In this document: in pieces, positions 1 to 9,623 of the stretch
How the letters are laid out: every line of letters starts with the position of its first letter
Numbering within the stretch: the stretch's first letter is position 1
IMG/VR virus record: IMGVR_UViG_3300028887_000070
Location: 128,001-192,000 of that record
Direction: 5' to 3' (one strand)
DNA: 64,000 nucleotides
From: a virus
Taxonomy: Duplodnaviria > Caudoviricetes
Notes under the pieces: generated by a model
Told to the model about the DNA's origin: nothing
The model's database searches: none
Seen by the model: the letters and a program-made list of their open reading frames with translations, nothing else
Translations under genes and position numbers: made by a program

Positions 1-672
1 GACGCTGCAGATCCATCTCATGCTAATTCAGATTTCTATAAACAGCTATTCGCTAACATGAGTGATGAACAGTTCCTTAACTTCTGTAAGAGACGTCTTC
101 CCTTCAGATGGCAGACTTCAGCCTTCGAAAGGGAACTTACACCAGAGAAGTGTCTCAATGCTCTCAAAGCTATCAACGTACCACTGATGGAGAAGGTAAA
201 GAACCCTCAACTCTACGAGAACAAAGATGGTGTTCCTGTAGGAGGAGAGTATGAAGCTTTCATATGCTATCTTAACATTCCTAAGCTCAAACAGTTTGCT
301 ACTAAGAAGAGTGGCTATAACACAAACATCGACACTCGTAACCCTAAGACTGGTCAGATCGTTGGTAACAGTAAGGGTATCGAGAGTGATAGAGAGCTGG
401 AGAGTCTTGTACTTCAGGGACTCGATAGTACAATCAAAGAGGTTACTAGAGCTAAGGCTGATGATATGGAAGCTAAGAACAAGATGTACACAATGATCAA
501 TACTACTGGTCAGGTATCATTAAAGGACTTAGAGAGTCCTAAGACTGCTCAGGTAGCTAGAACTACAACAGACGTCTTCTTGATAGGAAGCTTCATCATG
601 ACAAACCTGTTGGAAGAGGACTACATGACTCCATACACTCTGTCGATGAAAAAGAAAAGAATCGAGAAGTAA
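1..672 (+). CDS. Phage RNA polymerase beta subunit, extreme C-terminal piece (probably virion RNAP); 5'-truncated by the window
   Basis: The frame is open from base 1 (DAADPSHANSDFYKQLFANM...). YLNIPKLKQ..TGQ..SDRE..KADDMEAKNKMYTMI aligns with the RpoB C-terminus (YMLKL.H...GEME...KSDDVNGRTKMYKNI). It supplies the part missing from 25215-30530. Confidence 0.8.
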   Translation, partial: DAADPSHANSDFYKQLFANMSDEQFLNFCKRRLPFRWQTSAFERELTPEKCLNALKAINVPLMEKVKNPQLYENKDGVPVGGEYEAFICYLNIPKLKQFATKKSGYNTNIDTRNPKTGQIVGNSKGIESDRELESLVLQGLDSTIKEVTRAKADDMEAKNKMYTMINTTGQVSLKDLESPKTAQVARTTTDVFLIGSFIMTNLLEEDYMTPYTLSMKKKRIEK

Positions 673-678
673 GAGAAT

Positions 679-703
679 GCCCCACCCCGCGAAGGGGTGG
701 GGT
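679..703. terminator. GC-rich hairpin between convergent genes, likely bidirectional terminator
   Basis: gccccacccc-gcgaa-ggggtggggt followed by tgttt, located between convergent stop codons. Confidence 0.7.
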
Positions 704-710
704 TGTTTGC

Positions 711-1124
711 TTAGAAAACTGAAATCCTTGGATCGTCTCCATGTAGAACTGTAAGTTCTCCGAGTCTTACAGACTGAGTGAAAGCTGCAAAGTCTGCAAG
801 TTCTGCTATGTCTGCTTCGAGTATCATCCGAGCATATTTCTCTGCATTTATCGGACTGTCTTGAATACAAGACATAACAAAGAGAGGAAATACATCACTT
901 ATGATCTCGTTCTTAGTGAACGGATATCCATGATCGATCCAATGGTGTATATAATCTATGTTTGACGGATTGCGTGGATCATGGAGTACTTTGACTAGTG
1001 TGTTTATGATTACACTGTCTCCGTACACATATTCGTGAGCGAGACCCATTATAATCTCATCTCTTTTTGCGTTGAAGAGTTCGCTTAAACCTCTAAAATT
1101 AGCTCTAACTTTTGTAGTAGCCAT
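711..1124 (-). CDS. Hypothetical protein (137 aa) behind conserved leader cassette copy 1; candidate anti-defence protein
   Basis: ORF track; start moved to ATG 1124, which follows GAAAGGCAGG at the 3' end of the leader. Confidence 0.7.
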   Translation of the reverse strand: MATTKVRANFRGLSELFNAKRDEIIMGLAHEYVYGDSVIINTLVKVLHDPRNPSNIDYIHHWIDHGYPFTKNEIISDVFPLFVMSCIQDSPINAEKYARMILEADIAELADFAAFTQSVRLGELTVLHGDDPRISVF

Positions 1125-1134
1125 AAGTACCTGC

Positions 1135-1281
1135 CTTTCATAGTTCCCACTTACTCCAATCCCGCCTTTCCTCTCGGGATCATAGTCATTGAGCAGTGGC
1201 AAGCCAAGAACGTCAGCACTTTACTGATCTATTACCTTGACTCACTATGATTATATACATTCGAAGTCACCCACTTTTACG
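1135..1281 (-). promoter_or_regulatory. Conserved promoter + structured 5' leader cassette, copy 1
   Basis: Shares GTAAAAGT..TGTATA..AT..AGTGAGTCAAGGTA..TGACGTTCTTGRCTTG..AATGACTATG..GGAAC.ATGAAAG with 40586-40732 and 50019-50162; stems covary between copies. Confidence 0.85.
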
Positions 1282-1687
1282 AACTCTTAGTACCGCCATT
1301 CTGATTGTCAAGCACCTTAATGGCTTTGTAGAGGTCATCGTATACATTCTTAATCATGCTTGTAAGATCCTTGCATGCATTGTAGTCGTTCTGATTATAC
1401 TCCATATTGAAGTCTTCTGGAAGTCTGAGTCTCTTAATACCATCTATCTGCATGTCAAGCAGAGGTGCAAGTGCATCTTCATAAGTGATTGATGCGTCTG
1501 CATCTAAGCTACCTATAGTGCCAAGGTAGTGGCTTGCTATAGTATAGTAGATTTTGTCCTTAGCACACTGATTCTTCCAGTGCTTATCGAGTGTAGTTCC
1601 GTCATACTCGAAGTTATCGAACATGCTGTCTGCAGCATCGTAACGGATACGTGCAAATGTCTTAACAAGTTTTCTTACCTTAATCAT
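1277..1687 (-). CDS. Hypothetical protein
   Basis: 136-aa ORF in a co-oriented minus-strand run, overlapping the upstream stop. Confidence 0.7.
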   Translation of the reverse strand: MIKVRKLVKTFARIRYDAADSMFDNFEYDGTTLDKHWKNQCAKDKIYYTIASHYLGTIGSLDADASITYEDALAPLLDMQIDGIKRLRLPEDFNMEYNQNDYNACKDLTSMIKNVYDDLYKAIKVLDNQNGGTKSS

Positions 1688-2318
1688 TTCCCTTTACCTC
1701 CATCCCCAAATACTTCTTCCTCAGCTCAACCCATTCATTCATGAGTGTTACTGTCTGTTCATGGATTGGAGAAGAGGTATGACGAATATGACTTATGATT
1801 CCGCTCTTGCCAAGTGATTCAATAAGCTCAATGTCGTCGACTAATCTAAGAAGATCACCTGCAAGGTCTGTATCTCCCTTATATACATCAGGGAACTTTC
1901 TTTCGTCTACAATTCTCTTAAGACTTCCAGCTACTTCACAGAAGTAGATATAAGAAGTACCATAACGCTTATTATGAAGCTCTATCATAGCCTTCTTCTC
2001 TTCTGCTACTTCTGAAGTGGTAGTCGTATCATCTTCCATATTAAGAGCATTAAGAAACTTGTAGTATGATTCTACAATCTGCTTAGCCTGTTCATTGCCA
2101 GAACGGGAGTATGATATCATATTCTCCTTACCACACTGATCGAACAGTGATACAATGCTGGCAAGTTCATTAACCTGCATCAAGTCTTTGGGAATGTCAT
2201 CAGCCTGTCTCTGGTTAATCATTATCCTTATATGATCCATTTCGGTATCATATGAGGTTGCTTTTGTACCATACTTCGCTTCCAGATACTTAAGTATCTG
2301 ATCTTTAATTTTGTTCAT
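1680..2318 (-). CDS. Hypothetical protein
   Basis: ORF track; start moved to ATG 2318, which follows AGAAAGGAGAG. Confidence 0.7.
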   Translation of the reverse strand: MNKIKDQILKYLEAKYGTKATSYDTEMDHIRIMINQRQADDIPKDLMQVNELASIVSLFDQCGKENMISYSRSGNEQAKQIVESYYKFLNALNMEDDTTTTSEVAEEKKAMIELHNKRYGTSYIYFCEVAGSLKRIVDERKFPDVYKGDTDLAGDLLRLVDDIELIESLGKSGIISHIRHTSSPIHEQTVTLMNEWVELRKKYLGMEVKGND

Positions 2319-2375
2319 AAGAACTCTCCTTTCTAAAAAGAAACCGTGGTTGTTAGCCACGGTTTCATGATTGTG

Positions 2376-3386
2376 TTATTCACTTATTTCGATATTGCCG
2401 ACATCGATAGCTTCGATACAGATATCAACGTTTCCATTGAATGACTCTGCTATTGTCCTGATTACAGAATTGCCGACATTGCTAGCATTGATCATTACAT
2501 ATGGACGGTTAGTGTGTATAGGTTCTGAATCGAAAGGTTTGAAAGAATCGTTGAAAGCCTTAACCTTTTCCATCATAGCGGTCTTTGCCTTTTCATACTT
2601 CTTACCCTGGTTATCAGAATCAACCTTGTCATCGTTCACATTAGGAAGATTTACTACTCCCTTCTGGTAGAGATACTTCTGAAGCGGAGCAAGATCAACT
2701 CCTTCTTCCACTCCATTTACAGCCACCTCGTGCAGCGTGCTGTAAACAGCATCATCAACGAGCTTATACATAGGCTCATCAAGTTCGTTTACTGAAGCAT
2801 CGAATGGACTGTTAATGTATATGTAATTAATTACAGTCCTTAAAGCCTCGATGAGTTTTCCAAATGACTGAGCAGATTCAAACTTACCAGAGTCTGCTGC
2901 TACAGTGACCGTATCATTAGATCCTGTGTAGTTACAGAATAAGGAATCGTTTTTGAAATCTCCGCTTCTAAAGATCTCACATAATGCTTCTCCGATCTCT
3001 TTTACATTCTCTCCCCAGTTCTTAGGCCATGTGAACTGAAGATTGAGTGTGTTTACTTCAGACGCTTTAGTGCCATTAGAACTGATTGTGCCTGCTTTCA
3101 CTATTGCAGCGAAAGCCTTTTCAACTTTGTCCTTTTTAGTGCCAAGTATCGTTGTTAAGGACATCAGTTCTCCTCCTGTAGGGAGGCGTTCTTCGTTAAG
3201 AACCCTTGCCAGCATGTTCTTGAACCTTGAAGAAGATTTTGAAATCTTGGTCTTTATTTCTGAGATAGTGGTTCCTGTTGCTTTAGAGAGTGCTTCCATA
3301 AAGAGATGCGGAGTACTCTCAACTTTGTTACCATCTTTGTCTTTTGCAGTAAAGGTTATGGTTTCTCTCATGTATTCTTTGTTCAT
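2376..3386 (-). CDS. Hypothetical protein, possible N-terminal XRE-like helix-turn-helix
   Basis: 336-aa ORF; the segment TTISEIKTKI...LARVLNEERLPTGGELMSLTTILG resembles XRE HTH helices. Confidence 0.5.
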   Translation of the reverse strand: MNKEYMRETITFTAKDKDGNKVESTPHLFMEALSKATGTTISEIKTKISKSSSRFKNMLARVLNEERLPTGGELMSLTTILGTKKDKVEKAFAAIVKAGTISSNGTKASEVNTLNLQFTWPKNWGENVKEIGEALCEIFRSGDFKNDSLFCNYTGSNDTVTVAADSGKFESAQSFGKLIEALRTVINYIYINSPFDASVNELDEPMYKLVDDAVYSTLHEVAVNGVEEGVDLAPLQKYLYQKGVVNLPNVNDDKVDSDNQGKKYEKAKTAMMEKVKAFNDSFKPFDSEPIHTNRPYVMINASNVGNSVIRTIAESFNGNVDICIEAIDVGNIEISE

Positions 3387-3404
3387 GGTTTATACATCCT
3401 TTCG

Positions 3405-4178
3405 TTATTCAGACTCTACATTGGAGTCATTCTTCTTAGTCTTGACGCATTCGATTGAGCCGTCTTCTTTAACAGACAAACTACATTTGGTAAAAGTAAC
3501 ACCTATGTTGTAGTCCTTACCGTCTGATGAAAGTTTGAAACCCGTATCTACAATATTCAGTATCATTGACGTGATAGCAAAGTCTATCACATCTGGTGAT
3601 TCCAATACAGCTACTACGTTGTTTCTGAGTGACTCGTAAGCCTTAGCTCCTGTTTCATCATACATAAAACAGCTCCACGTACCGTTGGTGCTGTTATCAA
3701 TATGACTTATACAAAGAGGTGTAATGCACTTCCATATAGGAAGATCTCTCTTTGCATTCTTTGGTACTTTTGCCGTATAGAACTCAAAACGTACCATATC
3801 AGTAACAAGAATGTCACCAAATAGGTCTCCATCCTTGAACTGTTTGATTCTTTCTGCTCTGTTTGGTAGAGGGCAGAATGAGATTCTTATCCTATACTTA
3901 CCTTTATAAAGTAGATCACCATTACTCATTGTAGTTACTGGTTCGTACTGATATGGGTTCCAGATAAGATTCTTAATCGCTTCTGCTCTTGTCCAGTTTA
4001 TAACTTTCAGTATAGCCTGAGTATCCTTCGGTATCACACTTGGTTCCAAAGAATCTGTCAGCTTGTTCTTTTGATTCTGAATCTCTTCAGTGAGTTCCCA
4101 AATTTCCTTAGAGAACTCTTGTTTGATGAGATCATCTTCATCGTAAAAGATAAGGTCGTCCATAAGATTCATGAGCAT
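3405..4178 (-). CDS. Hypothetical protein
   Basis: 257-aa ORF with AAAGGAGGAG RBS and an early-type promoter upstream. Confidence 0.75.
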   Translation of the reverse strand: MLMNLMDDLIFYDEDDLIKQEFSKEIWELTEEIQNQKNKLTDSLEPSVIPKDTQAILKVINWTRAEAIKNLIWNPYQYEPVTTMSNGDLLYKGKYRIRISFCPLPNRAERIKQFKDGDLFGDILVTDMVRFEFYTAKVPKNAKRDLPIWKCITPLCISHIDNSTNGTWSCFMYDETGAKAYESLRNNVVAVLESPDVIDFAITSMILNIVDTGFKLSSDGKDYNIGVTFTKCSLSVKEDGSIECVKTKKNDSNVESE

Positions 4179-4258
4179 ATGTATACTCCTCCTTTCATAT
4201 AAGATCTATACACATCAGCCAAAGGAGTGGTGCAAGTGGCCGTTGTATATACACCTTA

Positions 4259-4268
4259 ATAGTATGTA
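4259..4268 (-). promoter_or_regulatory. Early-type promoter box TACATACTAT
   Basis: Identical 10-mer at 25124-25133 (-); related boxes precede other non-structural genes. Confidence 0.55.
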
Positions 4269-4340
4269 ACTCAGCTATGTTTTATCAGAGCAATCTGCAA
4301 ACCATACAGTAATCACTATTGTACCGAAGGAGGTGCTATT

Positions 4341-4478
4341 ATGGACGATAAGAACTACGGAGTACTCAATGAGCAGGGCTATGTAGGAGCTAAGCTCGGC
4401 TTCACTCCACTCAATGAACAGGACTCTAAAGCTGCTGAAGCAGAGAAGAAAGAGTCTGAGAACAAGGACAAGGAATAA
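4341..4478 (+). CDS. Small protein (45 aa), MDDKNYGVLNEQGYVGAKLGFTPLNEQDSKAAEAEKKESENKDKE
   Basis: Read manually (below the track cutoff); AAGGAGGT RBS, TAA at 4476-4478, directly upstream of the tubulin gene. Confidence 0.7.
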   Translation: MDDKNYGVLNEQGYVGAKLGFTPLNEQDSKAAEAEKKESENKDKE

Positions 4479-4501
4479 TATCCCAAAGGAGGATCGATCC
4501 C

Positions 4502-5845
4502 ATGCTTAGATCATTCACATTCGGTTGTGGTCAGGGCGCTACTAAGGCAATGATCACTGCCATCGACAATGACGTACTCGATAAGAGCAGATGTGTCGTA
4601 GTTAACTCTACGATCAAAGATGTCCCTTCCGAGTACAGACCCACTGCTATCATCATCTCAGACGATCCTGACGCAGGTTGTGGTAAGGTAAGAGACGCAG
4701 CGCGTGCGTTGATGAACGACTTTATCAAGGTTAATCCAAACTATCTCGAGGAACTCATCCCCGAAGATACAGACTATGTAAACATCATCACCACTTCAGA
4801 GGGTGCTTCTGGTAGTGGTTCTTCTGTAGTACTTGCTCAGTATATCAGTAATTCTATGCAGCTTCCTGTTATCATCACACTGATTACAGGCTTTGAATCT
4901 GATGTAAGAGGTCTCCAGAACACCATCAACTACTTCAGAGACCTTAAGGGTGCTAACTGCGGAATCATCACTGTATCAAACAGACGTTTCCTCAATGAAG
5001 CTAATGGCAATATCTTCGTTGCCGAGAAGCTTGCTAACGAGGACATCTCCAAGACACTTTCTATCATCGGAGCTCAGGGTCTTATAGACTGCGAGCAGAA
5101 CATCGATGATACTGATCACTACAAGATTATCACCAATCCTGGTATAATCTTCGCTGGAGAAGTAGAAGTATCAGACCGTATCAAGAATGCTGACCAGTTC
5201 AACAAGCTTGTAGGTGACATGATCGACAATACTACTTCACTCGACTTCGAGCCTTCTGCTACTAAGGTAGGTATCTACATGAACATACCTGAGGGTACTA
5301 TAGAGGTTCTCGATACTGAGTTCAGTGTAATCAAGAAAAAGCTCTGCTGGAACGGATTCCAGGAGTTCTTCATCCACAGACAGTACAATCCTAAACAGAA
5401 GAGCTTCATCAGAGTCATTGCTTCAGGTATCAACATGCCTAAGGCTGAGCTGATGAATATGTACGACAAGTTCGAGAAGTCTACCAATCAGATGAACGCT
5501 GCAGAGGATGACTTCTTCGATACTCTTGGTAAGCTTGAGACTAATGCTCAGCTCGAGAAGAAGGTAGAGAGAGATGACTCATTTCTTGACGCCTTCGCAA
5601 CAGCTTCTAGCGATGAAGCTAGCGCAGTCTTATCTCGAAACAAGAGGAAGTCGGGTGTCAGACTCGGAACGTCAAAGCACTCAGCACCTGAGAAGGTTCA
5701 GGACACAACTAACAAGGTGGCTGATGAAGAGGTAAAGAAGGGTTCTAATCCTCTTACTTCTGACGGAAAGACACGTTCAAACCCTAAGCACTCTATGGGT
5801 ACTAGCAAGCACCTTACAGAGTTCTCGGAAGAGGGAATCAAGTAA
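4502..5845 (+). CDS. phuZ: Tubulin/FtsZ-family GTPase (PhuZ/TubZ-like)
   Basis: N-terminal GCGQG, GCGK loop, tubulin signature variant EGASGSG, NIDDTD T7-like loop, low-complexity C-terminal tail. Confidence 0.85.
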   Translation: MLRSFTFGCGQGATKAMITAIDNDVLDKSRCVVVNSTIKDVPSEYRPTAIIISDDPDAGCGKVRDAARALMNDFIKVNPNYLEELIPEDTDYVNIITTSEGASGSGSSVVLAQYISNSMQLPVIITLITGFESDVRGLQNTINYFRDLKGANCGIITVSNRRFLNEANGNIFVAEKLANEDISKTLSIIGAQGLIDCEQNIDDTDHYKIITNPGIIFAGEVEVSDRIKNADQFNKLVGDMIDNTTSLDFEPSATKVGIYMNIPEGTIEVLDTEFSVIKKKLCWNGFQEFFIHRQYNPKQKSFIRVIASGINMPKAELMNMYDKFEKSTNQMNAAEDDFFDTLGKLETNAQLEKKVERDDSFLDAFATASSDEASAVLSRNKRKSGVRLGTSKHSAPEKVQDTTNKVADEEVKKGSNPLTSDGKTRSNPKHSMGTSKHLTEFSEEGIK

Positions 5846-5973
5846 AAAGATGATGAGGGTGGTTAGCTCCACCCTCTAATTCTACCCGTTGTAAGACTTT
5901 ATAGTTCTCGAAACTATTCAATACAGGAGTACTTAAGAGTGCTCATAATCGATCCAATCAAGGAGGAATAGTT

Positions 5974-7233
5974 ATGTTACTAACAGAAATGTTCAGGAAC
6001 GCCGTTAAGGATTCCAAGGACTATGGCATGAAAACCGAGGCAGTGTTTGACGTTCAGTATAGCACTGGCTTCCCAAACGTTGACTATCTCAATGGTCAGA
6101 TCATCAGAGTGACTGACACTAACAGAGGTATAGAGTTTGAGTACGATAGCGTAGGCATCGTAGATGGCTCAATCAATATGGTAATCGGTCGTTCAGGATG
6201 TGGTAAGTCCACATTCATCAAGCAAGCCGCAGGCAATATAATAAGAGGCTTCGACAAGGGCGCTATCTTTGAGGATAGTATCGAGGGCGGTATCACTCGT
6301 CGTCGTGACGAGATACTTACAGGTATGACTCCAGAGGAGCTTAATACTAAGATGATCGTTCGTAATGCAGGTATCAGCACTGAGACTTTCTATAAGTCTA
6401 TCAAGATCATCTACGATAAGAAGACAGAGAATGCAGATGAATTTACCTATGATACTGGCAAGTTTGACAGTAGAGGTAACCGTATCTTCAAGATGCAGCC
6501 AACAGTATACATTCTGGACTCACTGGCTATGCTGATGCCTGAGAAGATGACTCAGGAAGAAGAGCTTAGTGGTCAGATGTCTACTACAGCAGCTGCTAAG
6601 ATGATAGCTACTACAATGAGAAGAATAGTTCCTCTCTGTAAGGCAGCTAACATCATCGTCTTCATCGTTAACCATATCACCCAGAAGATAGAGATCAATG
6701 CGTTCAGCCATTCTAAGGGTCAGAACATCTACCTCAAGCAGGATGAGACCTGCCCTGGTGGTGTAACACCTTTCTACATCGCAAACAATATCTTCAGACT
6801 TGATGACAACACCAAGCTTACTGAAGATAAGGGTCTTGGTATCTCTGGTAACCACGTCCTAATCACTATGGTTAAGTCTCGTACTAACCGTGCAGGCGCA
6901 AGTACAGATATGATCTTCAATCAGGACATTGGCTTCGATGTAATCCTCACACTCTACAACATGCTCAACGACAATGGTTTCATCAAGGGTGCAGGTGCAT
7001 ACCTCTACATTGATGGATATCAGGACGTTAAGTTCGCTCAGAAGAACTTCAAGAAGAAGCTCTTTGAGAGTGAAGAGTTCAAGAATGTCTTCCTCGACAC
7101 TTGTACTAAGGTTCTCCACAATATGCTCCATAGAATGGATTGTGCTACTGATGAAGAGTTCATCAAGGCTACTGGTATTACTCAGGAGCTCTACATGAGA
7201 CTCAACAGTAGAGAAGAAGATATCGTAGCATAA
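5974..7233 (+). CDS. uvsX: RecA/UvsX-like recombinase
   Basis: STGFPNVDYLNG, Walker A GRSGCGKST, Walker B YILDSLA, IVFIVNH, PGG, VKSRT. Confidence 0.85.
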   Translation: MLLTEMFRNAVKDSKDYGMKTEAVFDVQYSTGFPNVDYLNGQIIRVTDTNRGIEFEYDSVGIVDGSINMVIGRSGCGKSTFIKQAAGNIIRGFDKGAIFEDSIEGGITRRRDEILTGMTPEELNTKMIVRNAGISTETFYKSIKIIYDKKTENADEFTYDTGKFDSRGNRIFKMQPTVYILDSLAMLMPEKMTQEEELSGQMSTTAAAKMIATTMRRIVPLCKAANIIVFIVNHITQKIEINAFSHSKGQNIYLKQDETCPGGVTPFYIANNIFRLDDNTKLTEDKGLGISGNHVLITMVKSRTNRAGASTDMIFNQDIGFDVILTLYNMLNDNGFIKGAGAYLYIDGYQDVKFAQKNFKKKLFESEEFKNVFLDTCTKVLHNMLHRMDCATDEEFIKATGITQELYMRLNSREEDIVA

Positions 7234-7256
7234 ACTAGAGAGTTGTTATATACTAT
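7231..7256 (+). promoter_or_regulatory. Early-type promoter (TAAA...TATATACTAT) followed by a hairpin, upstream of the non-virion RNAP gene
   Basis: Motif shared with 4259, 12192, 25124, 31800, 42955 and 44345. Confidence 0.55.
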
Positions 7257-7312
7257 GGATTGGAGAGAGCCCACACTCTCTCTAATCTGTATCTTCAAAG
7301 GAGGATCACACC

Positions 7313-9544
7313 ATGAAAATGGAACAGAACCCGAAGTTTGATCAAGCATTTGCAGAGGTACATGCCACATTCAGGCAGGATCAGATAGATCTAATGCTTG
7401 GTCGTTCAGGACTCCAGCCATGTGAGTCTCTGAATTCATCATCACGAAAGATAATGCATTCCAACCAGAAGAAACAAGCTAAGTGTCCTAAGGAATCAGA
7501 AGTTCCTCTTGTTGGTACTGGAAGCGAGAATAGATATGGACACATGTCTTCTGCGTTTATAAGAGCAGAAGACTCACAAGAAGTAATAGCTAAGATAAGT
7601 AGGTACTCTATGTATCCAGATCACGAGTACTATCTTATTATCAGGAACGAACGTAACGAGCTCAATATGGTGACTCGTACTGTTTGTCAGCATAACACCG
7701 AAACATTCGGTTTCCTTTGGAACAATGACTATATCGACTCTCTTAATGAAGGAGATGTCATTCCTAAGGGAAAAGTATATAAGAAGAGCACCAGCTTTGA
7801 TGAGTATGACAACTATAAGGCTGGTGTCAATGCACTTGCTACATATGGAAGTCTTCCACAGACTACTGAAGATCCAGTAATCATCAGAGAAGGTTTCCGT
7901 AAGAAGCTTAGTTCTCCAGAGTTAAAGCCCATAACCGTTAAGTTGAATGATAACGATGTGCTTCTTAACTTGTATGGAGACGATACTGTCTATAAGGCTT
8001 TCCCTGATCTTGGAGAAGAGACAAAGAATGGTATACTCTGCTCTATAAGAAAGGCCAACTCAGACAACTCAGCATTCACCTTATCTAGAGACTCTCTTAG
8101 AAACATAACGATCTCTGATGAGACTATAGTTCCTAAGGAGGGTAAAGTCGTAGACATCAAGGTGTATTCTAACAAGCAGATAGCCCCAGGATGTGAAGAG
8201 GGAGAACTCTACAACGTCTTCGAGGGTCAGCTTAAAGCATATAATGATGAAGAGAACCGTTTCGCTAGACAGTTTGTCGAAGCGATGGCCAACTACATCA
8301 ACAACAAGGACTACAAGATATCGTATGAACTTGAAGAGATGTATTATACCTGTAAGGGTAGGCTTGAAGGTAAGCAGTTCATTGAAGATGGTAAGATCTC
8401 AAGTAACATGGTCATAGAGTTCCTTGTGTATTGTGATCATACTATATCTATAGGTGATAAGCTTGCTAATCGTAATGGTGGTAAGGGCGTTATCGCAGAC
8501 ATATGGCCTGATGAGAGAATGCCTAAACTTCCAGATGGTACTCCTGTCGACATCATATGGGACGAGAGTACTTGTGTAAACAGACTTAATATAGCTCAGC
8601 TCTCAGAGCTGTCTCTCAATCGTATCGGTAGAGGAATTCTTAACTTCATTGATTCAAACTGTCTTAATGCAGTCGAGATTTTCGATATTCTTGAGCATTA
8701 CTATAGAGAGCTTTCACCAGATCTCGCAGACTTCCTTAAGACTGCAATAGATAACTTTGCTTCTGATCAGGAAGCTATCTTGTTTATAGAGTCAATGCTT
8801 CACCCTAATGAAGGACCTAGAGGAATCTATACTTCTCTTCTTCCTATCAGTGAATGTGTAGACTTCGATAAGATTAGAAAGATCTATGAAGAGTTCCCAT
8901 ATATTAAACAGGAACATCTTCTTGTTTCTATCCCTAACTCAGATGGAACTTATCGTGACGTATGGTCTAGTAAACCATCTACAGTAGGTGAACAGTTCGT
9001 ATACATCCTCAAGCAGGAAGCTGAGGAGAAACACTCTGCTACTTCTGCATCTTCGACTAATATCAAGGATGAGAATAGTAAGAGTAAGGAATCTAAGGAG
9101 TATAGATGTGCTATCACTAAGACTCCAGTTAAGTGGGGCGAGATGGAGACAATGATCTTCCTCCACTGTAGTTCAGAGACAGTAGTAATCAACGCTATGC
9201 TGATGTCTCTGTCTCCTAGAGCACGAAGGAGTGTTATGGATATGCTTCTCGGAGATCCGTATCATGTAGACATTCATATTGATATGGATGCACGTAACAG
9301 ATCTGCAGAGAAGGTTCAGGCTATCATGAAGGCTATGGGACTTAGACTCAAGTTTAAGAAGATCCCAATAGTTCAAAAGCCTGTATTCGAAGTAATGCCG
9401 CAGAAGATGCTCTTTGAGGTTCTTCCACAGAAGATGCTCTTTGAACAGTTGCCGCAGAAGATGCTGTTCGAGCAGATGTCTCAGAAGATGTTATTTGAAC
9501 CGATGAAACAGGAGTTGCTCTTTAAGCCACTTTGGGTGGAGTAA
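7313..9544 (+). CDS. Non-virion RNA polymerase beta subunit, C-terminal half
   Basis: RpoB motifs SRKIMHSNQKKQA, VGTGSE, TEDPVII, GDKLANRNGGKGVI, DGTPVDII, VNRLNIAQ, WGEME. Confidence 0.92.
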   Translation: MKMEQNPKFDQAFAEVHATFRQDQIDLMLGRSGLQPCESLNSSSRKIMHSNQKKQAKCPKESEVPLVGTGSENRYGHMSSAFIRAEDSQEVIAKISRYSMYPDHEYYLIIRNERNELNMVTRTVCQHNTETFGFLWNNDYIDSLNEGDVIPKGKVYKKSTSFDEYDNYKAGVNALATYGSLPQTTEDPVIIREGFRKKLSSPELKPITVKLNDNDVLLNLYGDDTVYKAFPDLGEETKNGILCSIRKANSDNSAFTLSRDSLRNITISDETIVPKEGKVVDIKVYSNKQIAPGCEEGELYNVFEGQLKAYNDEENRFARQFVEAMANYINNKDYKISYELEEMYYTCKGRLEGKQFIEDGKISSNMVIEFLVYCDHTISIGDKLANRNGGKGVIADIWPDERMPKLPDGTPVDIIWDESTCVNRLNIAQLSELSLNRIGRGILNFIDSNCLNAVEIFDILEHYYRELSPDLADFLKTAIDNFASDQEAILFIESMLHPNEGPRGIYTSLLPISECVDFDKIRKIYEEFPYIKQEHLLVSIPNSDGTYRDVWSSKPSTVGEQFVYILKQEAEEKHSATSASSTNIKDENSKSKESKEYRCAITKTPVKWGEMETMIFLHCSSETVVINAMLMSLSPRARRSVMDMLLGDPYHVDIHIDMDARNRSAEKVQAIMKAMGLRLKFKKIPIVQKPVFEVMPQKMLFEVLPQKMLFEQLPQKMLFEQMSQKMLFEPMKQELLFKPLWVE
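9374..9541 (+). repeat. In-frame 27-bp tandem repeat encoding (PQKMLFEQL)n
   Basis: cagaagatg at 9401, 9428, 9455 and 9482; degenerate copies at 9374 and 9509. Confidence 0.9.
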
Positions 9545-9623
9545 AGCTTACTATAGTCATATAATATAGAAGGGTATGATGGTGAAAGCCATCATACCTA
9601 ACTTATGGAAAGGAGGCAATACA

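Noticed and set aside
1135-1281. Leader cassette as a hammerhead ribozyme or as the N-terminus of the downstream ORFs
   Set aside because: The CUGANGA core is absent (CTGACGTT/TTGACGTT). The ORF-track extensions lack an RBS, and copy 2 has no such extension.
9374-9541. 27-bp repeats as a CRISPR array
   Set aside because: Contiguous, in frame, with no unique spacers and synonymous variation; this is a protein repeat
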